DNA of 64,000 nt from Eledone cirrhosa (Eukaryota), in NCBI GenBank assembly GCA_964016885.1, contig OZ024742.1, positions 347,448,001 through 347,512,000 of the forward strand, given 5' to 3'. The notes below the pieces were generated by a model. The model saw only the letters and a list, made by a program, of their open reading frames with translations. It was not told where the DNA came from and did not search any database. A program made the translations under genes and the position numbers. Position 1 is the first letter of the stretch. Each line of letters opens with the position of its first letter. Of this stretch, positions 29,840 through 46,149 are shown piece after piece.

Positions 29840-32800
29840 TATCACAGTCTTCTCTCACCCCATCACATCTCTATATCACAGTCTTCTCTCATCCCATCTC
29901 ATCTCTGTATCAGTCTTCTCTCACCTCATCACATCTCTATAACACAGTCTTCTCTCACCCCATCACATCTCTATATCACAGTCTTCTCTCACCCCATCAC
30001 ATCTCTATATCACAGTCTTCTCTCATCCCATCTCATCTCTATATCAGTCTTCTCTCATCCCATCACATCTCTATAACACAGTCTTCTCTCACCCCATCAC
30101 ATCTATATATCACAGTCTTCTCTCACCCCATCACATCTCTATATCACAGTCTTCTCTCACCCCATCACATCTCTATATCACAGTCTTCTCTCACCTCATC
30201 ACATCTCTATAACACAGTCTTCTCTCACTCCATCACATCTCTATAACACAGTCTTCTCTCACCCCATCACATCTATATAACACAGTCTTCTTTCATCCCA
30301 TCACATCTCTATATCACAGTCTTCTCTCACCCCAACACATCTCTATATCACAGTCTTCTTTCATCCCATCTCATCTCTATATCAGTCTTCTCTCACCCCA
30401 TCACATCTCTATAACACAGTCTTCTCTCACCCCATCACATCTCTATATCACAGTCTTCTCTCACCCCATCACATCTCTATATCAGTCTTCTCTCATCCCA
30501 TCACATCTCTATAAAACAGTCTTCGCTCACCCCATCACATCTCTATATCACAGTCTTCTCTCACCCCATCACATATCTATATCACAGTCTTCTCTCATCC
30601 CATCTCATCTCTATAAAACAGTCTTCTCTCACCTCATCACATCTCTATATCACAGTCTTCTCTCACCCCATCGCATCTCTATATCAGTCTTCTCTCACCC
30701 CATCACATCTCTATATCACAGTCTTCTCTCATCCCATCACCTCTCTATAACAGTCTTCTCTCACCCCATCACATCTCTATATCACAGTCTTCTCTCATCC
30801 CATCACATCTCTATATCACAGTCTTCTCTAATCCCATCTCATCTCTATATCAGTCTTCTCTCACCCCATCACATCTCTATATCACAGTCTTCTCTCATCC
30901 CATCACATCTCCATATCACAGTCGTCTCTCACCCCATCACATCTCTATGTAAGTCTTCTCTCATCCCATCACATCTCTATAACACAGTCTTCTCTCACCT
31001 CATCACGTCTCTATATCACAGTCTTCTCTCACTCCGTCACATCTCTATATTAGTCTTCTCTCACCCCATCACATCTCTATATCACAGTCTTCTCTCACCC
31101 CATCACATCTCTATATCACAGTCTTCTCTCACCTCATCACATCTCTATATCACAGTCTTCTCTCACCCCATCACATCTCTATAACACAGTCTTCTCTCAC
31201 CCCATCACATCTATATAACACAGTCTTCTTTCATCCCATCACATCTCTATATCACAGTCTTCTCTCATCCCATCTCATCTCTATATCACAGTCTTCTCTC
31301 ATCCCATCTCATCTCTATATCAGTCTTCTCTCATCCCATCACATCTCTATAACACAGTCTTCTCTCACCCCATCACATCTCTATAACACAGTCTTCTCTC
31401 ATCCCATCACATCTCTATAACAAAGTCTTCTCTCACCTCATCACATCTCTAGAAAAGTCTTCTCTCAGCCCATCATATCTCTATATCACAGTCTTCTCTC
31501 ACCCCATCACATCTCTATATCAGTCTTCTCTCACCCCATCACATCTCTATATCACAGTCTTCTCTCATCCAATCACATCTCTATATCAGTCTTCTCTCAC
31601 CCCATCACATCTCTATATCAGTCTTCTCTCACCCCATCACATCTCTATATCAGTCTTCTCTCACCCCATCACATCTCTATATCAGTCTTCTCTCATCCCA
31701 TCACGTCTGTATATCACAGTCTTCTCTCACCCCATCACATCTCTATAACACAGTCTTCTCTCATCCCATCTCATCTCTATATCACAGTCTTCTCTCACCC
31801 CATCACATCTCTATATCACAGTCTTCTCTCACCCCATCACATCTCTATAACACAGTCTTCTCTCATCCCATCTCATCTCTATATCAGTCTTCTCTCACCC
31901 CATCACATCTCTATATCACAGTCTTCTCTCACCCCATCACATCTCTATATCAGTCTTCTCTCACCCCATCACATCTCTATATCACAGTCTTCTCTCATCC
32001 CATCACATCTCTATATCACAGTCTTCTCTCACCTCATCACATCTCTATATCACAGTCTTCTCTCATCCCATCACATCTCTATATCAGTCTTCTCTCACCC
32101 CACCACATCTCTATATCACAGACTTCTCTCATCCCATCTCATCTCTATATCAGTCTTCTCTCACCCCACCACATCTCTATATCACAGTCTTCTCTCACCC
32201 CATCACATCTCTATGTAAGTCTTCTCTCATCCCTTCACATCTCTATAACACAGTCTTCTCTCACCTCATCACATCTCTATATCACAGTCTTCTCTCACTC
32301 CATCACATCTCTATATCACAGTCTTCTCTCACCCCATCACATCTCTATATCACAGTCTTCTCTCACCTCATCACATCTCTATAACACAGTCTTCTCTCAC
32401 CCCATCACATCTCTATAACACAGTCTTCTCTCACCCCATCATATCTCTATATAACAGTCTTCTCTCACCCCATCACATCTCTATAATACAGTCGTCTCTC
32501 ACCCCATCATATCTCTATAACACAGTCTTCTCTCATCCCATCACATCTCTATAACACAGACTTCTCTCACCTCATCACATCTCTATACCACAGTGTTCTC
32601 TCACCCCATCACATTTCTATAACACAGACTTCTCTCACCTCATCACATCTCTATATCACAGTCTTCTGTCACGCCATAACATCTCTATATCACAGTCTTC
32701 TCTCACTCCATCACATCTCTATAAGACAGTCTTCTCTCACCTCATCACATCTCTATATCACAGTCTTCTCTCACCCCATCACATCTCCATATCACAGTCT

Positions 32801-35800
32801 TCTCTCACTCCATCACATCTCTATGTAAGTCTTCTCTCACCCCATCACATCTCTATAACACAGACTTCCCTCACCTCATCACATCTCTATATCAGTTTTC
32901 TGTCACCCCATAACATCTCTATATCACAGTCTTCTCTCACTCCATCACATCTCTATAACACAGTCTTCTCTCACCTCATTACATCTCTATAACACAGTCT
33001 TCTCTCACCCCATCACGTCTCTATATCACAGTCTTCTCTCACCCCATAACATCTCTATATCACAGTCTTCTCTCACTCCATCACATCTCTATATCAGTCT
33101 TCTCTCACCCCATCACATCTATATATCCGAGTCTTCTCTCATCCCATCTCATCTCTATATCAGTCTTCTCTCACCCCATCACATCTCTATATCAGTCTTC
33201 TCTCATCCCATCACATCTCTATAAAACAGTCTTCGCTCACCCCATCACATCTCTATATCACAGTCTTCTCTCACCCCATCACATCTCTATAACACAGTCT
33301 TCTCTCATCCCATCTCATCTCTATATCAGTCTTCTCTCACCCCATCACATCTCTATATCACAGTGTTCTCTCATCCCATCTCATCTCTATATCAGTCTTC
33401 TCTCACCCCATCACATCTCTATATCACAGTCTTCTCTCACCCCATCACATCTCCATATCACAGTCTTCTCTCACCCCATCACATCTCTATATCACAGTCT
33501 TCTCTCATCCCATCACATCTCTATAACAGTCTTCTCTCACCCCATCACATCTCTATATCACAGTCTTTTCTCATCCCATCACATCTCTATATCACAGTCT
33601 TCTCTCATCCCATCTCATCTCTATATCAGTCTTCTCTCACCCCATCACATCTCTATATCACAGTCTTCTCTCATCCCATCACATCTCCATATCACAGTCT
33701 TCTCTCACCCCATCACATCTCTATGTAAGTCTTCTCTCATCCCATCACATCTCTATAACACAGTCTCCTCTCACCTCATCACATCTCTATATCACAGTCT
33801 TCTCTCACTCCATCACATCTCTATATTAGTCTTCTCTCACCCCATCACATCTCTATATCACAGTCTTCTCTCACCCCATCACATCTCTATATCACAGTCT
33901 TCTCTCATCCCATCTCATCTCTGTATCAGTCTTCTCTCACCTCATCACATCTCTATAACACAGTCTTCTCTCACCCCATCACATCTCTATATCACAGTCT
34001 TCTCTCACCCCATCACATCTCTATATCACAGTCTTCTCTCATCCCATCTCATCTCTGTATCAGTCTTCTCTCACCTCATCACATCTCTATAACACAGTCT
34101 TCTCTCACCCCATCACATCTCTATATCACAGTCTTCTCTCACCCCATCACATCTCTATATCACAGTCTTCTCTCATCCCATCTCATCTCTATATCAGTCT
34201 TCTCTCATCCCATCACATCTCTATAACACAGTCTTCTCTCACCCCATCACATCTATATATCACAGTCTTCTCTCACCCCATCACATCTCTATATCACAGT
34301 CTTCTCTCACCCCATCACATCTCTATATCACAGTCTTCTCTCACCTCATCACATCTCTATAACACAGTCTTCTCTCACTCCATCACATCTCTATAACACA
34401 GTCTTCTCTCACCCCATCACATCTATATAACACAGTCTTCTTTCATCCCATCACATCTCTATATCACAGTCTTCTCTCACCCCAACACATCTCTATATCA
34501 CAGTCTTCTTTCATCCCATCTCATCTCTATATCAGTCTTCTCTCACCCCATCACATCTCTATAACACAGTCTTCTCTCACCCCATCACATCTCTATATCA
34601 CAGTCTTCTCTCACCCCATCACATCTCTATATCAGTCTTCTCTCATCCCATCACATCTCTATAAAACAGTCTTCGCTCACCCCATCACATCTCTATATCA
34701 CAGTCTTCTCTCACCCCATCACATATCTATATCACAGTCTTCTCTCATCCCATCTCATCTCTATAAAACAGTCTTCTCTCACCTCATCACATCTCTATAT
34801 CACAGTCTTCTCTCACCCCATCGCATCTCTATATCAGTCTTCTCTCACCCCATCACATCTCTATATCACAGTCTTCTCTCATCCCATCACCTCTCTATAA
34901 CAGTCTTCTCTCACCCCATCACATCTCTATATCACAGTCTTCTCTCATCCCATCACATCTCTATATCACAGTCTTCTCTAATCCCATCTCATCTCTATAT
35001 CAGTCTTCTCTCACCCCATCACATCTCTATATCACAGTCTTCTCTCATCCCATCACATCTCCATATCACAGTCGTCTCTCACCCCATCACATCTCTATGT
35101 AAGTCTTCTCTCATCCCATCACATCTCTATAACACAGTCTTCTCTCACCTCATCACGTCTCTATATCACAGTCTTCTCTCACTCCGTCACATCTCTATAT
35201 TAGTCTTCTCTCACCCCATCACATCTCTATATCACAGTCTTCTCTCACCCCATCACATCTCTATATCACAGTCTTCTCTCACCTCATCACATCTCTATAA
35301 CACAGTCTTCTCTCACCCCATCACATCTCTATAACACAGTCTTCTCTCACCCCATCACATCTATATAACACAGTCTTCTTTCATCCCATCACATCTCTAT
35401 ATCACAGTCTTCTCTCATCCCATCTCATCTCTATATCACAGTCTTCTCTCATCCCATCTCATCTCTATATCAGTCTTCTCTCATCCCATCACATCTCTAT
35501 AACACAGTCTTCTCTCACCCCATCACATCTCTATAACACAGTCTTCTCTCATCCCATCACATCTCTATAACAAAGTCTTCTCTCACCTCATCACATCTCT
35601 AGAAAAGTCTTCTCTCAGCCCATCATATCTCTATATCACAGTCTTCTCTCACCCCATCACATCTCTATATCAGTCTTCTCTCACCCCATCACATCTCTAT
35701 ATCACAGTCTTCTCTCATCCAATCACATCTCTATATCAGTCTTCTCTCACCCCATCACATCTCTATATCAGTCTTCTCTCACCCCATCACATCTCTATAT

Positions 35801-37995
35801 CAGTCTTCTCTCACCCCATCACATCTCTATATCAGTCTTCTCTCATCCCATCATGTCTGTATATCACAGTCTTCTCTCACCCCATCACATCTCTATAACA
35901 CAGTCTTCTCTCATCCCATCTCATCTCTATATCACAGTCTTCTCTCACCCCATCACATCTCTATATCACAGTCTTCTCTCACCCCATCACATCTCTATAA
36001 CACAGTCTTCTCTCATCCCATCTCATCTCTATATCAGTCTTCTCTCACCCCATCACATCTCTATATCACAGTCTTCTCTCACCCCATCACATCTCTATAT
36101 CAGTCTTCTCTCACCCCATCACATCTCTATATCACAGTCTTCTCTCATCCCATCACATCTCTATATCACAGTCTTCTCTCACCTCATCACATCTCTATAT
36201 CACAGTCTTCTCTCATCCCATCACATCTCTATATCAGTCTTCTCTCACCCCACCACATCTCTATATCACAGACTTCTCTCATCCCATCTCATCTCTATAT
36301 CAGTCTTCTCTCACCCCACCACATCTCTATATCACAGTCTTCTCTCACCCCATCACATCTCTATGTAAGTCTTCTCTCATCCCTTCACATCTCTATAACA
36401 CAGTCTTCTCTCACCTCATCACATCTCTATATCACAGTCTTCTCTCACTCCATCACATCTCTATATCACAGTCTTCTCTCACCCCATCACATCTCTATAT
36501 CACAGTCTTCTCTCACCTCATCACATCTCTATAACACAGTCTTCTCTCACCCCATCACATCTCTATAACACAGTCTTCTCTCACCCCATCACATCTCTAT
36601 AATACAGTCGTCTCTCACCCCATCATATCTCTATAACACAGTCTTCTCTCATCCCATCACATCTCTATAACACAGACTTCTCTCACCTCATCACATCTCT
36701 ATACCACAGTGTTCTCTCACCCCATCACATTTCTATAACACAGACTTCTCTCACCTCATCACATCTCTATATCACAGTCTTCTGTCACGCCATAACATCT
36801 CTATATCACAGTCTTCTCTCACTCCATCACATCTCTATAAGACAGTCTTCTCTCACCTCATCACATCTCTATATCACAGTCTTCTCTCACCCCATCACAT
36901 CTCCATATCACAGTCTTCTCTCACTCCATCACATCTCTATGTAAGTCTTCTCTCACCCCATCACATCTCTATAACACAGACTTCCCTCACCTCATCACAT
37001 CTCTATATCAGTTTTCTGTCACCCCATAACATCTCTATATCACAGTCTTCTCTCACTCCATCACATCTCTATAACACAGTCTTCTCTCACCTCATTACAT
37101 CTCTATAACACAGTCTTCTCTCACCCCATCACGTCTCTATATCACAGTCTTCTCTCACCCCATAACATCTCTATATCACAGTCTTCTCTCACTCCATCAC
37201 ATCTCTATATCAGTCTTCTCTCACCCCATCACATCTATATATCCGAGTCTTCTCTCATCCCATCTCATCTCTATATCAGTCTTCTCTCACCCCATCACAT
37301 CTCTATATCAGTCTTCTCTCATCCCATCACATCTCTATAAAACAGTCTTCGCTCACCCCATCACATCTCTATATCACAGTCTTCTCTCACCCCATCACAT
37401 CTCTATAACACAGTCTTCTCTCATCCCATCTCATCTCTATATCAGTCTTCTCTCACCCCATCACATCTCTATATCACAGTGTTCTCTCATCCCATCTCAT
37501 CTCTATATCAGTCTTCTCTCACCCCATCACATCTCTATATCACAGTCTTCTCTCACCCCATCACATCTCCATATCACAGTCTTCTCTCACCCCATCACAT
37601 CTCTATATCACAGTCTTCTCTCATCCCATCACATCTCTATAACAGTCTTCTCTCACCCCATCACATCTCTATATCACAGTCTTTTCTCATCCCATCACAT
37701 CTCTATATCACAGTCTTCTCTCATCCCATCTCATCTCTATATCAGTCTTCTCTCACCCCATCACATCTCTATATCACAGTCTTCTCTCATCCCATCACAT
37801 CTCCATATCACAGTCTTCTCTCACCCCATCACATCTCTATGTAAGTCTTCTCTCATCCCATCACATCTCTATAACACAGTCTCCTCTCACCTCATCACAT
37901 CTCTATATCACAGTCTTCTCTCACTCCATCACATCTCTATATTAGTCTTCTCTCACCCCATCACATCTCTATATCACAGTCTTCTCTCACCCCAT
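29840..37995. repeat. Tandem higher-order duplication, period 4150 bp, then 4116 bp after a one-unit difference
   Basis: CTCTAGAAAAG at 31451/35601 (+4150); ATCCGAG G at 33129/37245 and ORFs at 33363/37479 (+4116). The unit near 32430-32460 is absent from the second copy. Confidence 0.93.
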
Positions 37996-40900
37996 CATAT
38001 CTCTATAACACAGTCTTCTCTCACCCCATCACATCTATATAACACAGTCTTCTTTCATCCCATCACATCTCTATATCACAGTCTTCTCTCACCCCATCAC
38101 ATCTCTATATCACAGTCTTCTCTCACCTCATCACATCTCTATAAAACAGTCTTCTCTCACCCCATCACATCTCTATAACACAGTCTTCTCTCACCCCATC
38201 ACATCTCTATAACACAGACTTCTCTCACCTCATCACATCTCTATATCACAGTGTTCTCTCAACCCATCACATTTCTATAACACAGACTTCTCTCACCTCA
38301 TCCCATCTCATCTCTATATCAGTCTTCTCTCACCCCATCACATATCTATATCACAGTCTTCTCTGATCCCATGTCATCTCTATAAAACAGTCTTCTCTCA
38401 CCCCATCACATCTCTATATCACAGTCTTCTCTCACCCCATCACATCGCTATATCAGTCTTCTCTCACCCCATCACATCTCTATATCACAGTCTTCTCTCA
38501 TCCCATCACCTCTCTATAACAGTCTTCTCTCACCCCATCACATCTCTATATCACAGTCTTCTCTCATCCCATCACATCTCTATATCAGAGTCTTCTCTAA
38601 TCCCATCTCATCTCTATATCAGTCTTCTCTCACCCCATCACATCTCTATATCACAGTCTTCTCTCATCCCATCACATCTCCATATCACAGTCTTCTCTCA
38701 CCCCATCACATCTCTATGTAAGTCTTCTCTCATCCCTTCACATCTCTATAACACAGTCTTCTCTCACCCGATCACATCTCTATATCACAGTCTTCTCTCA
38801 CCTCATCACATGTCTATAACACAGTCTTCTCTCACCCCATCACATCTCTATAGCACAGTCTTCTCTCACCCCATCACATCTATATATCACAGTCTTCTCT
38901 CACCCCATCACATCTCTATATCACAGTCTTCTCTCATCCAATCTCATCTCTATATCAGTCTTCTCTCACCCCATCATATCTCTATATCACAGTCTTCTCT
39001 CACCCCATCACATCTCTATAATACAGTCTTCTCTCACCCCATCACATCTCTATAACACAGTCTTCTCTCATCCCATCACATCTCTATATCAGTCTTCTCT
39101 CACCCCATCACATATCTATATCACAGTCTTCTCTCATCCCATCACATCTCTATATCAGTCTTCTCTCACCCCATCATATCTCTATATCAGTCTTCTCTCA
39201 TCCCATCACATCTCTATATGACAGTCTTCTCTCACCCCATCACATCTCTATATCACAGTCTTCTCTCACCTCATCACATCTCTATATCACAGTCTTCTCT
39301 CATCCCATCACATCTCTATATAAGTCTTCTCTCACCCCATCACATCTCTATAACAGTCTTCTCTCATCCCATCACATCTCTATATCACAGTCTTCTCTCA
39401 CCCCATCACATCTCTATAACAGTCTTCTCTCATCCCATCACATCTCTATATCAGTCTTCTCTCATCTCACCCCATCACATCTCTATATCACAGTCTTCTC
39501 TCAGCCCATCACATCTCTATATCACAGTCTTCTCTCACCCCATCACATCCCTATAACACAAACTTCTCTCACCTCATCACATCTCTATATCACAGTCTTC
39601 TCTCACTCCATCACATCTCTATAACACAGTCTTCTCTCACCCCATCACATCTCTATAACACAGTCTTCTCTCATCCCATCACATCTCTATAACACAGACT
39701 TCTCTCACCTCATCACATCTCTATATCACAGTCTTCTGTCACCCCATAACATCTCTATATCACAGACTTCTCTCACTCCATCACATCTCTATGTAAGTCT
39801 TCTCTCATCCATTCACATCTCTATAACACAGTCTTCTCTCACCTCATCACATCTCTATATCACAGTCTTCTCTCACTCCATCACATCTCTATATTAGTCT
39901 TCTCTCACCCCATCACATCTCTATATCACAGTCTTCTCTCACCCCATAACATCTCTATATCACAGTCTTCTCTCACTCCATCACATCTCTATAACACAGT
40001 CTTCTCTCACCTCATCACATCTCTATATCACAGTCTTCTCTCACCCCATCACATCTCTATAACACAGTCTTCTCACACCCCATCACATCTCTATATCACA
40101 GTCTTCTCTCACCCCATAACATCTCTATATCACAGTTTTCTCTCACCCCATCACATCTCTATATCACAGACTTCTCTCACCTCATCACATCTCTATATCA
40201 CAGTCTTCTCTCACTCCATCACATCTCTATAAAACAGTCTTCTCCTACCCCATCACATCTCTATATCACAGTCTTCTCTCATCCCATCACATCTCCATAT
40301 CACAGTCTTCTCTCACCCCATCACATCTCTATGTAAGTCTTCTCTCATCCCTTCACATCTCTATAACACAGTCTTCTCTCACCTCATCACATCTCTATAT
40401 CACAGTCTTCTCTCACTCCATCACATCTCTATATTAGTCTTCTCTGACCCCATCACATCTCTATATCACAGTCTTCTCTCACCCGATCACATCTCTATAT
40501 CACAGTCTTCTCTCACCTCATCACATCTCTATAACACAGTCTTCTCTCACCCCATCACATCTCTATAACACAGTCTTCTCTCACCCCATCACATCTATAT
40601 ATCACAGTCTTCTCTCACCCCATCACATCTCTATATCACAGTCTTCTCTCACCCCATCACATCTCTATAACACAGTCTTCTCTCATCCCATCACATCTCT
40701 ATATCAGTCTTCTCTCACCCCATCACATATCTATATCACAGTCTTCTCTCATCCCATCACATCTCTATATCAGTCTTCTCTCACCCCATCATATCTCTAT
40801 ATCACAGTCTTCTCTCACCCCATCACATCTCTATATCAGTCTTCTCTCATCCCATCACATCTCTATATCACAGTCTTCTCTCACCCCATCACATCTCTAT

Positions 40901-43900
40901 ATAACAGTCTTCTCTCACCTCATCACATCTCTATATCACAGTCTTCTCTCATCCCATCACATCTCTATATAAGTCTTCTCTCACCCCATCACATCTCTAT
41001 AACAGTCTTCTCTCATCCCATCACATCTCTATATCACAGTCTTCTCTCACCCCATCACATCTCTATAACAGTCTTCTCTCATCCCATCACATCTCTATAT
41101 CAGTCTTCTCTCATCCCATCACATCTCTATATCAGTTTTCTCTCACCCCATCACATCTCTATATCACAGTCTTCTCTCACCCCATCATATCTCTATATCA
41201 CAGTCTTCTCTCACCCCATCACATCTCTATATCACAGTCTTCTCTCACCCCATCACATCTCTATAACAGTCTTCTCTCACCCCATCACATCTCTATAACA
41301 GTCTTCTCTCACCCCATCACATCTCTATAACACAGTCTTCTCTCACCCCATCACATCTCTATAACACAGTCTTCTCTCATCCCATCAAATCTATAACACA
41401 GACTTCTCTCACCTCATCACATCTCTATATCACAGTCTTCTCTCACCCCATCACATCTCTATAACACAGTCTTCTCTCACCCCATCACATCTCTCTAACA
41501 GTCTTCTCTCATCCCATCACATCTCTATATCACAGTCTTCTCTCATCCCATCACATCTCTATATCACAGTCTTCTCTCACCCCATCACATCTCTATAACA
41601 CAGTCTTCTCTCACCCCATCACATCTCTATAACACAGTCTTCTCTCATCCCATCTCATCTCTATATCAGTCTTCTCTCATCCCATCACATCTCTATAACA
41701 CAGTCTTCTCTCACCCCTTCACATCTCTATATCACAGTCTTCTCTCACCCCATCACATCTCTATATCACAGTCTTCTCTCACTCCATCACATCTCTATGT
41801 AAGTCTTCTCTCATCCCTTCACATATCTATAACACAGTCTTCTCTCACCTCATCACATCTCTATATCACAGTCTTCTCTCACTCCATCACATCTCTATAT
41901 TAGTCTTCTCTCACCCCATCACATCTCTATATCACAGTCTTCTCTCACCCCATAACATCTCTATATCACAGTCTTCTCTCACTCCATCACATCTCTATAA
42001 CACAGTCTTCTCTCACCTCATCACATCTCTATATCACAGTCTTCTCTCACCCCATCACATCTCTATAACACAGTCTTCTCTCACCCCATCACATCTCTAT
42101 ATCACAGTCTTCTCTCACCCCATAACATCTCTATATCACAATCTTCTCTCACCCCATCACATCTCTATATCACAGACTTCTCTCACCTCATCACATCTCT
42201 ATATCACAGTCTTCTCTCACTCCATCACATCTCTATAACACAGTCTTCTCCTACCCCATCACATCTCTATATCACAGTCTTCTCTCATCCCATCACATCT
42301 CCATATCACAGTCTTCTCTCACCCCATCACATCTCTATGTAAGTCTTCTCTCATCCCTTCACATCTCTATAACACAGTCTTCTCTCACCTCATCACATCT
42401 CTATATCACAGTCTTCTCTCACTCCATCACATCTCTATATCACAGTCTTCTCTCACCCGATCACATCTCTATATCACAGTCTTCTCTCACCTCATCACAT
42501 CTCTATAACACAGTCTTCTCTCACCCCATCACATCTCTATAACACAGTCTTCTCTCACCCCATCACATCTATATATCACAGTCTTCTCTCACCCCATCAC
42601 ATCTCTATATCACAGTCTTCTCTCATCCAATCTCATCTCTATATCAGTCTTCTCTCACCCCATCATATCTCTATATCACAGTCTTCTCTCACCCCATCAC
42701 ATCTCTATAATACAGTCTTCTCTCACCCCATCACATCTCTATAACACAGTCTTCTCTCATCCCATCACATCTATATATCAGTCTTCTCTCACCCCATCAC
42801 ATATCTATATCACAGTCTTCTCTCATCCCATCACATCTCTATATCAGTCTTCTCTCACGCCATCATATCTCTATATCAGTCTTCTCTCATCCCATCACAT
42901 CTCTATATGACAGTCTTCTCTCACCCCATCACATCTCTATATCACAGTCTTCTCTCACCTCATCACATCTCTATATCACAGTCTTCTCTCATCCCATCAC
43001 ATCTCTATATAAGTCTTCTCTCACCCCATCACATCTCTATAACAGTCTTCTCTCATCCCATCACATCTCTATATCACAGTCTTCTCTCACCACATCACAT
43101 CTCTATAACAGTCTTCTCTCATCCCATCACATCTCTATATCAGTCTTCTCTCATCCCATCACATCTCTATATCAGTCTTCTCTCACCCCATCACATCTCT
43201 ATATCACAGTCTTCTCTCACCCCATCATATCTCTATATCACAGTCTTCTCTCACCCCATCACATCTCTATATCACAGTCTTCTCTCACCCCATCACATCT
43301 CTATAACAGTCTTCTCTCACCCCATCACATCTCTATAACACAGTCGTCTCTCATCCCATCAAATCTATAACACAGACTTCTCTCACCTCATCACATCTCT
43401 ATATCACAGTCTTCTCTCACCCCATCACATCTCTATAACACAGTCTTCTCTCACCCCATCACATCTCTATAAGACAGTCTTCTCTCATCCCATCACATCT
43501 CTATATCACAGTCTTCTCTCATCCCATCACATCTCTATATCACAGTCTTCTCTCACCCCATCACATCTCTATAACACAGTCTTCTCTCACCCCATCACAT
43601 CTCTATAACACAGTCTTCTCTCATCCCATCTCATCTCTATATCAGTCTTCTCTCATCCCATCACATCTCTATAACACAGTCTTCTCTCACCCCATCACAT
43701 CTCTATATCACAGTCTTCTCTCACTCCATCACATCTCTATGTAAGTCTTCTCTCATCCCTTCACATCTCTATAACACAGCCTTCTCTCACCTCATCACAT
43801 CTCTATATCACAGTCTTCTCTCACTCCATCACATCTCTATATTAGTCTTCTCTCACCCCATCACATCTCTATATCACAGTCTTCTCTCACCACATAACAT

Positions 43901-46149
43901 CTCTATATCACAGTCTTCTCTCACTCCATCACATCTCTATAACACAGTCTTCTCTCACCTCATCACATCTCTATATCACAGTCTTCTCTCACCCCATCAC
44001 ATCTCTATAACACAGTCTTCTCCTACCCCATCACATCTCTATATCACAGTCTTCTCTCATCCCATCACATCTCCATATCACAGTCTTCTCTCACCCCATC
44101 ACATCTCTATGTAAGTCTTCTCTCATCCCTTCACATCTCTACAACACAGTCTTCTCTCACCTCATCACATCTCTATATCACAGTCTTCTCTCACTCCATC
44201 ACATCTCTATATTAGTCTTCTCTCACCCCATCACATCTCTATATCACAGTCTTCTCTCACCCGATCACATCTCTATATCACAGACTTCTCTCACCTCATC
44301 ACATCTCTATAACACAGTCTTCTCTCACCCCATCAGATCTCTATAACACAGTCTTCTCTCACCCCATCACATCTATATATCACAGTCTTCTCTCACCCCA
44401 TCACATCTCTATATCACAGTCTTCTCTCATCCAATCTCATCTCTATATCAGTCTTCCCTCACCCCATCATATCTCTATATCACAGTCTTCTCTCACCCCA
44501 TCACATCTTTATAATACAGTCTTCTCTCACCCCATCACATCTCTATAACACAGTCTTCTCTCATCCCATCACATCTCTCTATCAGTCTTCTCTCACCCCA
44601 TCACATATCTATATCACAGTCTTCTCTCATCCCATCACATCTCTATATCAGTCTTCTCTCACCCCATCATATCTCTATATCACAGTCTTCTCTCACCCCA
44701 TCACATCTCTATATCATTCTTCTCTCATCCCATCACATCTCTATATGACAGTCTTCTCTCACCCCATCACATCTCTATATCACAGTCTTCTCTCACCTCA
44801 TCACATCTCTATATCACAGACTTCTCTCATCCCATCACATCTCTATATAAGTCTTCTCTCACCCCATCACATCTCTATAACAGTCTTCTCTCATCCCATC
44901 ACATCTCTATATCACAGTCTTCTCTCACCCCATCACATCTCTATAACAGTCTTCTCTCATCCCATCACATCTCTATATCAGTCTTCTCTCATCCCATCAC
45001 ATCTCTATATCAGTCTTCTCTCACCCCATCACATCTCTATATCACAGTCTTCTCTCACCCCATCATATCTCTATATCACAGTCTTCTCTCACCCCATCAC
45101 ATCTCTATATCACAGTCTTCTCTCACCCCATCACATCTCTATAACACAGTCTTCTCTCACCCCATCACATCTCTATAACACAGTCTTCTCTCATCCCATC
45201 ACATCTCTATAACACAGACTTCTCTGACCTCATCACATCTCTATAACAGTCTTCTCTCACCCCATCACATCTCTATATCTCAGTCTTCTCTCACCCCATC
45301 ACATCTCTATAACAGTCTTCTCTCACCCCATCACATCTCTATAACACAGTCTTCTCTCATCCCATCAAATCTATAACACAGACTTCTCTCACCTCATCAC
45401 ATCTCTATATCACAGTCTTCTCTCACCCCATCACACCTCTATAACACAGTCTTCTCTCATCCCATCACATCTCTATATCACAGTCTTCTCTCATCCCATC
45501 ACATCTCTATATCACAGTCTTCTCTCACCCCATCACATCTCTATAACACAGTCTTCTCTCATCCCATCACATCTCTATAACACAGACTTCTCTCACCTCA
45601 TCACATCTCTATAACAGTCTTCTCTCACCCCATCACATCTCTATATCACAGTCTTCTCTCACCCCATCACATCTCTATAACAGTCTTCTCTCACCCTATC
45701 GCATCTCTATAACACAGTCTTCTCTCATCCCATCAAATCTATAACACAGACTTCTCTTACCTCATCACATCTCTATATCACAGTCTTCTCTCACCCCATC
45801 ACATCTCTATAACACAGTCTTCTCTCACCCCATCACATCTCTATAACACAGTCTTCTCTCATCCCATCACATCTCTATATCACAGTCTTCTCTCACCCCA
45901 TCACATCTCTATATGACAGTCTTCTCTGACCCCATCACATCTCTATATCACAGTCTTCTCTCACCCCATCACATCTCTATATCACAGTCTTCTCTCACCA
46001 CATAACATCTCTATATCACAGTCTTCTCTCACTCAATCACATCTCTATAACACAGTCTTCTCTCACCCCATCACATCTCTATATCACAGTCTTATCTCAC
46101 CCCATCACATCTCTATAACACAGTCTTCTCTCACTCTATCACATCTCTA

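Noticed and set aside
41799-43741. Second 1942-bp spacing, equal to the period at 20.2-24.0 kb
   Set aside because: Neighbouring markers give other offsets (1772, 1838), and sums of 32s and 34s coincide easily, so this is not evidence of a fixed period.
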